Positions 16,781 to 27,550 are shown, counted from the first letter of the stretch. The stretch is 64,000 nt of DNA from an uncultured Thermoplasmata archaeon (GCA_963730815.1 CAVSTD010000001.1:147941-211940), one strand, 5' to 3'. Notes: generated by a model not told the origin, from the letters alone. Translations and numbers: made by a program.

Positions 16781-18546
16781 GTGCCCCGACAGCGGTTACT
16801 CGACGATTTCACGGGTGGGACGGGCCCGGTCGCGACGGAGGCTCCCGTCGGGCGCTCTCACCCGCCCGGACTCCCCGGCACGTGGCAGGTCGAGAACGGG
16901 TACATCGTCCACCCACTGCTCAGATCCGAGGAATTGCGCGCTCTTCCATTCCAGCTCGACCTGGCCGGGTCGGGCTTGACGAGGACCTGCTCGTCGTGCT
17001 GCCCACGGGCCTCGGAAAGACGGTCATCGCCGCCCTTCTGGCCGCCGAAGTCCTTCGAAGGTCAGACGGCAAGATCCTCGTGCTCGCTCCGACTCGTCCG
17101 CTGGTCCAGCAGCACGCGGATTCCTTCGGCCGATGGCTCACTCCGTTGAGAATCGCGCGCTTCACCGGGACCGTCCGGCGTCCGGTGCGAGAAGGAGCCT
17201 GGGACACCGCCGATATCGTGTTCGCGACGCCCGAGATCGTGGTGAACGACCTCGCGGCGGGTCGGTATCGGCTCAACGAGGCCATGCTGGTGGTGTTCGA
17301 CGAGGCTCATCATGCGGTGGGCAAGTACGCCTACGTTCCTCTCGCAGCCCAATATCGGACGGAACGGCCGGCGGGGAGTCGTGTGCTCGGACTCACGGCC
17401 TCTCCCGGAGGAAAGGACGAACGGATCGAGGAGGTCGTGGGAAACCTCGGGGTCCAACGGATCGAGGCCCGAAGCCGTGAGGACGACGGGGTCCGGGAAT
17501 ACGTTCAGGAGATCCAGATCGACTACCGTTGGGTCGACCTGCCTCCCGAGGCCCAACGGATCCGCGAACTTCTGCAGAATGCGGCCCACACGACCGCGCG
17601 CAAGCTGCAGAAGATGGGCTATCTGCGCAAGAAGCCGATCCGCTCCATCTCGGTCAAGGACCTCATCGCGCTGCGGGCAGAAATTTTTGCTCGTCCGGGC
17701 CCGATGGTACGTCGGTTCGGGCCGCTCTTTCACCAATTGGTGCTCCTCCATCTGCACCATGCTCAGGAGCGCCTCGAGACCCAGGGTCTGGCCCCGTTCG
17801 TTCAGTACCTTGACCGACTGGCGGGTAAGGAGAAACCAAGTCGCGGGGACCTTGCGGTCCTGAAGTTGCCCGAGGTCGTTACCGCCCGCCGAGAGGCCGA
17901 GGAGTATCTCCGGACCTCGCGGGAGTCCTCCCACCCCAAGCTCGACGCGCTGGTCGAACTCGTCCGGGAGACCCTGGCACGTCCTCGAGACCACCCACCC
18001 CGAATCCTGGTCTTCGCCCAGTACCGCGACACCATCCAGACGATCCAGGCGATCCTCGAGCTCCAAGGCTGGACGACCGGCCGCTTTGTGGGGCAGGCAA
18101 CCCGCGACGCGGAGGACAAGGGGATGAACCAGAAGGACCAAGGCCGCATCCTCACGGCTTTCCGGGAAGGACGATTCCCGATCATGGTGGCCAGCAGCGT
18201 CGCGGAGGAAGGACTCGACGTGCCCGACGTCGACCTCGTGGTGTTCTTCGAGTCCGTGCCGAGCGAAATCCGGGCGATCCAACGGCGGGGTCGGACCGGC
18301 CGAAGCTCTCTGGGTCGGGTCACCGTTCTCTTGACGCGGGAGACCCGGGACGTCCAGTACCAGGCCGCCGAGATCCGCCGGGAACAATCGATGCGTCGCA
18401 TCGTTCGCCGTCTCTCGAAGGAAGCTCGAAAGCGGTCGGCCAAGCCCTCCGCGGAACCCGTAGTCGGGCGGGGCGACGGGCGCGAATCCCGACCTATAAA
18501 CCTTCGGCCGCGCCGTGTGACGTTACCGCTCGGTCATCGAGGCTAA
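16781..18546 (+). CDS. hef: Hef/FANCM-like SF2 helicase (no ERCC4 nuclease domain visible), with an apparent frameshift near the N-terminus
   Basis: GTG 16781 (GAGGGAGG upstream) gives ..YIVHPLLRSEELRALPFQLDLAG in frame 2. LDEDLLVVLPTGLGKT, VVFDEAHH and QRRGRTGR are in frame 1. The junction is at GGG run 16967-16969. Confidence 0.8.
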
Positions 18547-18583
18547 ATACCGAAGCTCCGGGTCCAACGCCCCAAGTCAACCT

Positions 18584-18697
18584 ATGGGCTCGCTCGACTG
18601 GGTGGTCCAGAACTTGGGACTTCTGACGCTGACGATGGTTTGCGTCGCCCTCACGTTCTACCTGGTTTACTGCATGATGCACCCCGAGCGGTTCTGA
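18584..18697 (+). CDS. kdpF: K+-transporting ATPase subunit F
   Basis: Own translation gives 37 aa: MGSLDWVVQNLGLLTLTMVCVALTFYLVYCMMHPERF. Single TM with a KdpF-like YLVY..PERF end, directly upstream of kdpA. Not in the ORF track (under 60 aa). Confidence 0.7.
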   Translation: MGSLDWVVQNLGLLTLTMVCVALTFYLVYCMMHPERF

Positions 18698-18709
18698 CGA
18701 AAGAGGCCG

Positions 18710-20424
18710 ATGGCGTTCGAGATTCGCTCGCTCTGGGACGTACTCCTCGTTCTGGGCCTCTCCCTCGCGATCGCGCCCTGGTTCGGGAGCTACCTCGGTC
18801 GGGTCTACATGAATCGACCCGTCTTCGGGGACGCTCTGTTCACCCCAATCGAGTCGGCCATCTATCGAATTCTCGGCACCTCTCCCCGGCATTCGATGAA
18901 GGCTCGGGAGTACATGTTCGCCCTCCTGCTCGTCAACGGAGGAATGCTGGCCTTCATCTTTTTCTGGCTCTTTTACCAGTCCCAGACCCCGCTCAACCCC
19001 CTCGGGATTCACAACATGGGCTGGGACCTCGCGTTCCACTCCGCGTCGAGCTTCACGACCAACACGAACTTCACCCATTTCACGAACGAATCCCAGCTGA
19101 GCCTCGGCTCGCTCGTGGTAGCGTGGCCGCTCGCGCTCTTCCTCTCTCCCGCCACCGGCCTCGTCGTCCTGGCCGCCATGGTGCGCGGCTTCGTCCGGAA
19201 GGACGGCACTCTCGGAAATTTCTACGTCGACATGACCCGGTCGCTCACCCGTCTCCTCATTCCGTTGGCCATCATTGGCGCGCTCGTTTTCATCCTCCTG
19301 GGTGTGCCCGAGACGTTCACTGCCTTCGTCACCGCCCACCCGCTGACGGGGGGCACGCAGACGATCTACCTCGGCCCTGTGGCCAGCTACCAGTCCATCT
19401 CTCTCCTCGGGTCGAACGGGGGCGGCTTCTATGCGGCCAACATGGCCTCGCCGATCGCGAACCCCTCCGCGCTCTCCAACTTGTGGGGAGTCGGGCTCAT
19501 GCTGGTCTTCCCCTTCTCCGCCCCGTTCGCCTTCGGGGAGATCGTTCGCCGGAAGAACGAAGCGTGGCCCTACGTCGGGACGATCCTGATCGTTCTGAGT
19601 GTCGCGCTCGCCCTGTTCATCGCGTTCCAAGCGGTCGCCAATCCGGCGCTGTCCACCGTGGCGGGGCTCGGGCCGCAGACGAACGGATACTCGGTCGGAG
19701 TGGACACCCGGTTCAGCCTGCCGGAGGCCTCGCTGTTCCAGGTGGTGAGCGTGTTCAGCAACGTGGGGGCGAACAACATTCAGATCGGCTCGATTTCGCC
19801 GATCGCCCAGCTCGTCCTCCTGTTCGGGATGTTCACCCAGAGCACTCCCGGCGGGGTTGGCACCGGTTTCGGGATGCTGCTGCTCTTCGCAATCCTCGGG
19901 ATCTTCGTCGCGGGGCTGATGGTCGGGAGGACACCGGAGTATCTCGGGAAGAAGATCGGCACCTCGCAAGTGAAATGGGCGGCTATGGCGCTCCTGGTCC
20001 ACCCGGCCACGATCCTGTTACCGTTCGTGGTCGCGGTCGCGGGACATTTCGTGGTGATAGATGGGGCTACCATCGGGGCGACCTCGCACAACTTTACCGC
20101 GGTGTTGTATGAGTTCACGTCCGAGTCCGCGAACAACGGAAGCGCCCTTTCCACGGGTCAGTTTAACGATACCACGTTTTTCTTCAACATCGCCGGGGCG
20201 CTGGTGATGCTCACCGGTCGGTACGTTCCCATTCTGGCGATGCTCATGGTCGCCGACCTGTTCTCGCGTCAGGAAGTCCTGCCCGCGGGCGCCGGTACGC
20301 TGAAGACGGCGAGCGGCACGTTCACGATCTACCTCACGCTGTTTCTGATCATCACGACTGACGCTGCTGTTCCTGCCCGGTCATCGCGATGGGTCCGCTG
20401 GCCCAGATCTTCGGAGGGATGTAG
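18710..20424 (+). pseudogene. kdpA: K+-transporting ATPase subunit A, with the C-terminus disrupted by two frame changes
   Basis: KdpA-like throughout (SFTTNTNFTHFTNESQLS, LGNFYVDMTRS). The conserved C-terminus is recovered only by shifting at ~20357 (LTLLFLP) and ~20379 (VIAMGPLAQIFGGM, TAG 20422-20424). Confidence 0.85.
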
Positions 20425-20425
20425 C

Positions 20426-22565
20426 GTGGCGGCCGAGCTCAAGATGGAACCGGGTGCCCACGTCTCGGTCCGAAAGGTCCCGCACACCTCCTGGAAGAGA
20501 GTGCTCTCGGCATCGATCCGGGGTTTCGACCCACGACGGGAGATCCACAACCCGGTCATGTTCTCGGTCTACCTGTTGTTCCTCTTCGTCGTCGTTCTCA
20601 CTGTCGTACCGCGCGCCTTCCCGGACGTCGCTCGTACCTACAACTCCGACTACTACCTCACCGTCACGATCATCCTGTTCCTGACGTTGTGGTTCGCGCA
20701 CCTCGCGGACGCGATCGCGGAAGCCCAAGGAAAGGCGCAGGCCGACAGTCTCCGAGAGATCCAGAGTGGGATTCAGGCTCGGCAGATCCGCCCGGACGGC
20801 AGCGCTGCCTGGGTGCCTTCGAACGTTCTTCGGGTCGGCGACACGGTCGAGATCCATCCCGGCGAACCGATCCCGATCGATGGGGACGTGATCCACGGCG
20901 CCGCGCTCATCGACGAGTCGATGATGACCGGGGAATCCGAGGCGGTCACCCGGGAAAGCGGGGGCGACAAGACGAGCGTCCTCGGGGGCACCCGGGTCCT
21001 CCAGGGAACCATTCAGGTCCGGGTCACGACGGCCAAGGGCGAGTCGTTCCTCGACCGATGATCCAGCTGGTCGAGGGACAGGGACGCGATCGGACGCCGA
21101 ACGAGCTCGCGCTCGGCGTGTTGCTCTACGCGTTCACGATCACGCTCTTCAGCGTCGTCGTGACGTTCATCTTTCTCGCCGACTTCACGGACATCATCTA
21201 CATCGACATCGCTACCATCGTCGCGCTTTTCGTTTGCCTGATGCCGACGACGATCGGAGCGCTGCTTCCCGCCATCGGCATCTCGGGGATCAATCGGGTG
21301 GCTCGGGCCAACGTCATCGCGAAGTCGGGAAAGGCCGTCGAGGCCGCCGGCGACCTTGACGTGCTCATCCTCGACAAGACCGGAACGATCACGATCGGAA
21401 ATCGTCTCGCCGTCCAGCTCGTCACTGCCCCGGAGGTGCACGATGCCCGAACTGCTCGAAGCGGCCTTGCTCTGCTTCGAGCCTCGACGACACGCCCGAG
21501 GGACGGTCGATCGTGCGCCTCGCCGCTCGTCGAGGGGCGCAGCCCGGCCACTTCGAACCGGGGAAGTTCAAGGTTCTTCCGTTCACCGCCGAGCGTCGCA
21601 TGAGCGGTATCGTCCTCCCGGACGGTCGCGAAGTGTTCAAGGGCTCGCTGCAGGCGATGGAGACGTACGGGGCAGTCCTCCCTCTCGAACTTCGGCGAAA
21701 GGCCGCCGAGGCGTCCCGTCAGGGAATGACGCCGCTCGCCATCTCGAGCGGAAAGCGCGCGATCGGACTCGTGCTACCTCAAGGACGTCGTCGAAGCCGG
21801 GCATCCGTGACCGTCTTCGCGAACTCAAGACGATGGGCATTCGCACCATCATGTGCACGGGCGACAACCGCCTCACGGCGGCCGCGATCGCTGAGGAGAG
21901 CGGCGTGGACGACTTCATCGCGGAGGCCAAGCCCGAAGCGAAGCTCGTCCTGATCCAGCGGGAGAAGGCCCAGGGGCGACTCGTCGCCATGACGGGCGAC
22001 GGGACGAACGACGCTCCCGGCGCTCGCCCGGGCCGACGTGGGTCTCGCCATGAACAGCGGGACGAGCGCGGCGAAGGAAGCCGGCAACATGGTCGACCTC
22101 GACAGCGACCCGACGAAGCTCATCGAGGTCGTCTCGATCGGAAAGCAGCTCCTCATCACCCGCGGAGGCCTGACCACCTTCTCGATCACCAACGACGTCG
22201 CGAAGTACTTTGCCATCATTCCCGCGGTGTTCATCGCCGCCGGCGCTGGCACCTTGCCCGGGCATCGCCATCATGAACATCCTCGGCCTTTCCAACCCCG
22301 ACCTCGCCGTCATCTCGGCGCTCGTGTTCAACGCGATCATCATACCGATCCTGATCCCGTTGGCCCTCTATGGGGTTCCGTTCCGACCTCGGAGTGCCAT
22401 CGACCTCCTGCGGCGGAACCTTCTGGTCTATGGGGTCGGAGGACTCCTGAGCGCTTTCGTCGGGATTAAGCTGATCTACATTCTCCTGTCGTGGCTCGAG
22501 TCCCTAGGTTGGGTCCAGCGATCGGAGTCCTCGTCACCCATCTTCTCCCGCTGGGAGGTCTATGA
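20426..22565 (+). pseudogene. kdpB: K+-transporting P-type ATPase subunit B, fragmented over all three frames
   Basis: Conserved blocks NPVMF, TGESEAV, ESFLDR|[43 protein letters not shown]|[50 protein letters not shown] require shifts near 21058, 21448, 21476, 21774-21777, 21793, 22019 and 22260-22263. There is no in-frame stop at the end. Confidence 0.85.
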
Positions 22566-23218
22566 GCGCGCCCGGGTCACTCCCGAGCCCGACCTCCGGG
22601 TCGACCACCGCCTCGCCGGCGCTTTCCCCCGCGCCCACTCTGGTCTCGGGCACCTGAGGGCCACCGCCCTCTTCCTCGTCCTCGCGATCCTCGTTTCGGG
22701 GGTGGCCTATCCGCTCGTCCTCACCGGGATCGCCGAACGTGGTCAACCCCTCGGGGGCCGCGGGGTCGCTCCTCCGAGACCCGAACGGGACGGTCGTCGG
22801 CTCCTCCTTGATCGCCCAGAACACGAGCGCCCCGTACCTCTTCTGGGAACGACCGTCGCTGACCGACTGGAATACGACGCTCGGCGCGGACACTCCGCCA
22901 GGTCCCAGCGACCCGGCCCTCGGCGCACTGCTCAACGAGACGATCGCCTACCTGAACCTGGCCTGGAACTACAGCGCGAACCACACCCTCCCGTATTGGC
23001 TCGTTGCCCCCTCGGCGTCCGACCTCGACCCGGATCTCGTTCCCGAGGCAGTCCTGATCCAGGTCCCACGCATCGCCGCAGCGACGAACGAATCGATCGC
23101 GTTCGTGACCGGGTTCGTCAATGCTCATATCACGAACCCCGTCATCCCGTTCGTCGGGGTCGCGTTCGTGAACGTCCTGGAGCTCGACATCGCGTGGCTG
23201 AAGGTGATCGGGAGGTAA
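22562..23218 (+). pseudogene. kdpC: K+-transporting ATPase subunit C, with at least two frame changes
   Basis: ATG 22562 (ATGA overlap with a kdpB-frame stop) closes at TGA 22655. The TM segment LRATALFLVLAILVSGVAYPLVLTGIAE is in a second frame. VVNPSGAAGSLL...VNVLELDIAWLKVIGR is in a third frame from 22739. Confidence 0.75.
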
Positions 23219-23224
23219 CCCACC

Positions 23225-24034
23225 ATGTACCGACAGATCCTCGTGCCCGTGCAAACCTCCTCCGAGGTCGAGCCGATGCTCCGGTTCGCGTCGATGCTGC
23301 TCGACGCCGACGGCGAGATCCGCGTCCTCCACGTCATCCCGACGACCACGCTTCCCGAGGTGACGCGAGAGTGGAGGGCCTCGGTCAACATCGTCGTGCC
23401 CGCCCACGAGACCGGGGCGGCGCTCGACGTGCGGGTCGACCCCGAGGTCCGCGCCGCCACGGACGTTCCCGGGGAGATCCTCGAGAGCGCCGAATCGCAC
23501 GATGTCGACGCCATCCTGCTCACTCTGCGCGGAGACCGTCGGAGCCCACGATTTTTCGTGGGACACACGGCGACCGGGATCATCCAGCACGCCCGGGCGG
23601 ACGTCTTGGTCCTCAACCGACTCGCCCTGGCGGCGCCCCGGATCCCACGGATCCTCGTCTCGACGTTCCGCGACCAGCCCGCCCCGAAACCGATGATGCT
23701 CGCGGAGGAATTGGCCATACGTAATCCCCCCGCGCCCGTGATCGCGCTGACCTTGGGCACGCGCGGGGGGCCGGCCGCCGAGGAAGGCGAGGACCGGGAA
23801 GAGACGAGCACCCGGGGGGTCCGGGTGGTCCACCGCCGCGCGTTCTTTTCGGAAGCGAATCTCGGTCGCCGCCGGCGTCTTCCCGACTTGTTGCTCCAGG
23901 CGGCCCAACGGGAACGCTACGGACTCTTGCTCGTCGGAGAGGAGGAGCGCGCCGGCAGCGCCCTACTGACTCGCCGATTCCTCGAAGAGCTGTTCCGCGC
24001 CGCCCCGTGCCCTGTGCTCGCGCTGCGCGATTAG
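23225..24034 (+). CDS. tandem universal stress protein (UspA) domain protein, KdpQ-like position
   Basis: 269 aa, intact. MYRQILVPV...VLHV..ILLTLRG..TGIIQHARADVLVL. GGGAGG ribosome-binding site, starts 6 nt after the kdpC stop. Confidence 0.8.
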   Translation: MYRQILVPVQTSSEVEPMLRFASMLLDADGEIRVLHVIPTTTLPEVTREWRASVNIVVPAHETGAALDVRVDPEVRAATDVPGEILESAESHDVDAILLTLRGDRRSPRFFVGHTATGIIQHARADVLVLNRLALAAPRIPRILVSTFRDQPAPKPMMLAEELAIRNPPAPVIALTLGTRGGPAAEEGEDREETSTRGVRVVHRRAFFSEANLGRRRRLPDLLLQAAQRERYGLLLVGEEERAGSALLTRRFLEELFRAAPCPVLALRD

Positions 24035-24049
24035 GGAGGCAGCCCCGCG

Positions 24050-24847
24050 ATGGGAGAGCTCGCCTTCGTCGGCCTCGGTCTCTCGGACGAGCGAGGACTC
24101 TCCGAGCGCGCGTGCGAGGTCCTCGCGTCCTGCGAGGTGGTGTTCGCGGAAGAGTATACCGCGCTCGCGCCCCCCGGTACCCTCGAGCGCCTCGAGAAGC
24201 GGCTCCGTCGGTCGATCCGTCGTCTCGACCGTTCCCTGCTCGAATCGGAGCGCCCGATCCTGGACGAACTGGCGACTCACTCGCGCGTTGCGCTCTTGGT
24301 CGTGGGCGACCCTTTCGCGGCGACCACCCACGTTGCGCTCCGCCTGGCCGCCGAGCGCGAGGGTCACACCTGGGCGTACTACCCCAATGCGAGCATCCTG
24401 ACCGCGGCCGCGGGATTCCTCGGCCTGATGCACTATCGATTCGGGCGCACGGTCTCTCTCCCCCTGCCCGCGGAAGGCTTCGCCCCGACCTCGCCGCTCG
24501 AACACATCGCCGCGAATCGCGCCCGCGACCTCCACACCCTCGTGCTGCTGGACCTGCGACCCGAGGAGGGGCGATATCTCACTGCTTCCGCGGCTCTCGC
24601 GGTGCTGCGAGAGCGCGACCCGACCGGGGCCATCGTCGCCGATCGAGACCCGGTCGCCGTCGTGGCTCGCTTGGGCCAGGAGAGCGCCCGGGCGTGGGTC
24701 GGGCCGTTCGCGCAGTTGCGGGCGGTCGATTTCGGAGAACCGATGCACGCGATCGTCGTGCTGGCGCCGACGCTCCATTTCGAAGAGGAAGCGGCGCTGC
24801 GTCGGTACGCCGTCCCGACCGAGCGCGCCCGCGGGACGGCAGCCTAA
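24050..24847 (+). CDS. dph5: diphthine synthase
   Basis: 265 aa. LAFVGLGLSDERGLS...VVFAEEYT...LLVVGDPFAATTH... Confidence 0.9.
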   Translation: MGELAFVGLGLSDERGLSERACEVLASCEVVFAEEYTALAPPGTLERLEKRLRRSIRRLDRSLLESERPILDELATHSRVALLVVGDPFAATTHVALRLAAEREGHTWAYYPNASILTAAAGFLGLMHYRFGRTVSLPLPAEGFAPTSPLEHIAANRARDLHTLVLLDLRPEEGRYLTASAALAVLRERDPTGAIVADRDPVAVVARLGQESARAWVGPFAQLRAVDFGEPMHAIVVLAPTLHFEEEAALRRYAVPTERARGTAA

Positions 24848-24848
24848 C

Positions 24849-25283
24849 TTAACGAGGCTTCGTCGGGTCGCCGGATCCCGAGGGGACCAGCGCGTCTGCG
24901 AACTGTCGGATCCGGAACGGTCGGAGCAGCACGACGTCCGGTCGCTGCATCGGGTCGGAGGGGACGGCGGGGGGATGCGACGCCGGGCCGACCAGGATCA
25001 CCCGGAGTCCCGGGGAGAGTCCACGGGCGTGACCGATCAGCCCATTCGAGCTCCCCTCGGCGAGGCTCGTATCGATCACGAGGAGCGACGGGCGGTGCAT
25101 GCGGACCAGCTCGATCGCCTGGGTCGCTCCCTCGGCCTCCCCGTCCACCCGGAAGTGATGCAGGCGGAGAAGGCCCCGAAGTAGGACCCGGGTCTCCTCG
25201 TCACCCGCCACGACGACGGCGGACGACGTAGACGCCAATGTGCCGCTCAAGGTCGTTGTTTCCGGTGCGAACCCGGCTCGCAC
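24849..25283 (-). CDS. stand-alone response-regulator receiver domain protein
   Basis: VVVAGDEETRVLLRGLL...PSLLVIDTSL...LRVILV pattern of a CheY-like receiver. No kinase in the window. Confidence 0.65.
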   Translation of the reverse strand: MRAGFAPETTTLSGTLASTSSAVVVAGDEETRVLLRGLLRLHHFRVDGEAEGATQAIELVRMHRPSLLVIDTSLAEGSSNGLIGHARGLSPGLRVILVGPASHPPAVPSDPMQRPDVVLLRPFRIRQFADALVPSGSGDPTKPR

Positions 25284-25383
25284 CTCCCCGAGTAGGTGAA
25301 ACCAACTACGTGGGTCTATTTTTGACCTCGCCTCGAACGCCCACCGCCGAAGAGCCGGTCCCGCGGGCCGATGCGATGCCGGG

Positions 25384-26937
25384 TTACGCGGCCCCGGCCT
25401 CGGTCTCCCCCCAGTCGGCCACGCCGGCCGCCTGGAGGAGTTGGTCGAGCGCGCCGTGGTACTGGTCCGCCGGGGCGCGGAGGAGCTCGCGGGCCCGGTA
25501 GCTGAGCGCGCCCCCGAACTCTCGTTCGGTCTCCGAGAACTGCCAGGCGTGCGCGTTCTCCCTTCCGAGCGCCTTCAGGAAAGCGTAGGCAAGGCCCCGC
25601 TCCTTTCCCTCCGCGGGCAGGGATTGCAGGATCGCTCGCTCGGCCCCGGTCTCCCGGTGCGTTCGGAACTCCCGCGCCACCCGGTCGACCCAGGCCGCCT
25701 CCCGGGCCAGACGGGAATATCGTGGCAGGGTCCCGAGGAGCTCCTTTTCCTCGCTCGACTTTTCGGCTCGCTTCAGAAGCTCGGCGACCCGCCCCGGGGA
25801 AGCGCGAGTGTCCCCGATGAGTCGTTGCGCTTCCTTCGGGTCGCGAACGATTGTCCGGACGATCGTCTCGGCATGGTCGCTCCACAACTTCTCGAGCGCC
25901 CGGCTCGCCCGGGGCTCGTCCACCTCGAACGGACCTCCCCACGAGCCGAGGACCGCCTCGAGGGCCCGGCGTTCGACCGGGCTCGGCGAGAGGGCGTCCA
26001 GGAACGGTGCGAGCTGGTCCCCGTAGCAGACCCCGCCGGCGATCAACGTGGTTCGCCCGGTCCGATCGACCCGGGCCGCGAGCTCCGACGTGAAGGCGTC
26101 GAGCAGCCCCGTGTCCGAGAGCTTCCCGAGCTCGTAGTCCCGTCGAAGGCCGCGAGGGAGCGGCGGCAAGGAGGCGTGGACGCACTCCGGCCCGCCACGG
26201 CATTGGACGTTCGACTCCGCGGTCACCGGGAACTCGGCCGTCGGGTCCGGGCTCGCCGTGCCGTCCGAGACGCTCGAGAGGAGGTGCCGTTCGCTCTTCG
26301 CGCATCGACGACAGACGCGGAACGCGGTCTCCGCGCCCGGCCAGCCGACCTCGAGGTACGGGCGCGGCTCTCCGGCCTGGAGGTGGACGCACTCGAAACG
26401 GCCGGCCCCGGGATTCTCGATCAGCCGGTACGGAAGTTCCGCCACCGTCTCCGCGCGGAACTCCGGCGGGGGCGCGGGCGAGAATCCGGTACAGAAGAGG
26501 ACGCGGCGCGTGGCGAAGAAGTGGAAACCCTTGCGGGCCCAGTCGAGATACCCGAGCAAGAGCCGATTCGGGTCGTCCGACTGCTGCACGGCGACCTCCG
26601 CTTCGCGGTCGGTGCGCGCGAGCGGGGCGTACGACACCGCGCCACCAGGGAGAGGGAAGGAGACGATCGTGAGATTCTTCGGGTCGAGGTAGAATCGCAG
26701 CAATCCCGCGTACGCGCGGGCGAGCGAATCGCCCCAGCGGGAGAGCTTCTCGAGGCGCTGCGCGTCCTCTCGAGAATCGCGGACCTCCTCGAGCTCGTTG
26801 CGCCGCCGGTCGAACCGCTCGGGGGGGCACTCCGGGCTCAGTCGCGGCACAAGGGCGTCGACCGACTCGCGAAGGACCTTCGCCCGGGCGATCAGGTCGT
26901 GCTCGCGGAGCACCGACCCTTTGTGGATTCTCGCCAC
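25384..26937 (-). CDS. uncharacterised 517-aa protein with CxxC and Cx5CxH motifs
   Basis: This is the only frame in the interval with normal amino-acid composition; overlapping ORFs are Arg/Pro-rich. Motifs FRVCRRCAKSE and VQCRGGPECVH. I recognise no family. Confidence 0.6.
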   Translation of the reverse strand: MARIHKGSVLREHDLIARAKVLRESVDALVPRLSPECPPERFDRRRNELEEVRDSREDAQRLEKLSRWGDSLARAYAGLLRFYLDPKNLTIVSFPLPGGAVSYAPLARTDREAEVAVQQSDDPNRLLLGYLDWARKGFHFFATRRVLFCTGFSPAPPPEFRAETVAELPYRLIENPGAGRFECVHLQAGEPRPYLEVGWPGAETAFRVCRRCAKSERHLLSSVSDGTASPDPTAEFPVTAESNVQCRGGPECVHASLPPLPRGLRRDYELGKLSDTGLLDAFTSELAARVDRTGRTTLIAGGVCYGDQLAPFLDALSPSPVERRALEAVLGSWGGPFEVDEPRASRALEKLWSDHAETIVRTIVRDPKEAQRLIGDTRASPGRVAELLKRAEKSSEEKELLGTLPRYSRLAREAAWVDRVAREFRTHRETGAERAILQSLPAEGKERGLAYAFLKALGRENAHAWQFSETEREFGGALSYRARELLRAPADQYHGALDQLLQAAGVADWGETEAGAA

Positions 26938-26983
26938 CCGTCGCCTCGCCCCTCGAGCCGCGGGCGGTACTTATTCCCGGGGG

Positions 26984-27550
26984 TCACCGGTGGCACGCGT
27001 CGAGGAAATGTCGGAACATCTCCCGACCGCCCTCGGTGTGCTCGACCTCGGGATGGAATTGGACTCCCCATATGGGGAGCGACGGGTGCGCCATGGCCTG
27101 CACCGGGCACGCGGCCGAGTGGGCGAGCACGCTCCAGCCGGGCGGGGCGACCGCGACCTGGTCGTTGTGGCTCGACCAGACTCGCAGCTGGGCCGGCAAT
27201 CCCGCGAAGATCGGATGGTCGCCGCGGTCGACGGTGAGCTCGACGGAGCCGAACTCCGGGGCCGCGGCGCGCTCGACGCGACCTCCAAAGTGACGTCCGA
27301 GGAATTGGTGGCCGACGCAGATCGCGAGCACCGGCACCTTGCCGGAGTCGATCCACTCTCCCACCCGCCCGAGAGGGGCGTCCGTTCCTTCGAGGCTGAG
27401 CGCACCGCCCGACAGCACCACGCCGTCCGCGTCCATCTCCTCGAACGGGGTCGTGTTCGGAAGGATCCGAGTGTCGGCCCCCAGGTCGCGAAGAACCCGC
27501 CACTCCCGGTGGGTCCATTGTCCGCCGTTGTCGAGAACGGGGACCTTCAT
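26984..27550 (-). CDS. guaA: GMP synthase glutamine-amidotransferase subunit A (class I GATase)
   Basis: ORF 26984..28159 trimmed to ATG 27550 (MKVPVLDNGGQWTHREWRVL). LAICVGHQ catalytic Cys, VQFHPEVEHTEGG. Confidence 0.8.
   Translation of the reverse strand: MKVPVLDNGGQWTHREWRVLRDLGADTRILPNTTPFEEMDADGVVLSGGALSLEGTDAPLGRVGEWIDSGKVPVLAICVGHQFLGRHFGGRVERAAAPEFGSVELTVDRGDHPIFAGLPAQLRVWSSHNDQVAVAPPGWSVLAHSAACPVQAMAHPSLPIWGVQFHPEVEHTEGGREMFRHFLDACHR

Noticed and set aside
20350-22740. The kdp frame changes as programmed ribosomal frameshifting or transcriptional slippage.
   Set aside because: There are too many events (at least 12), in both directions, with no shared slippery heptamer or downstream structure. 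Decay or consensus error is far more likely.
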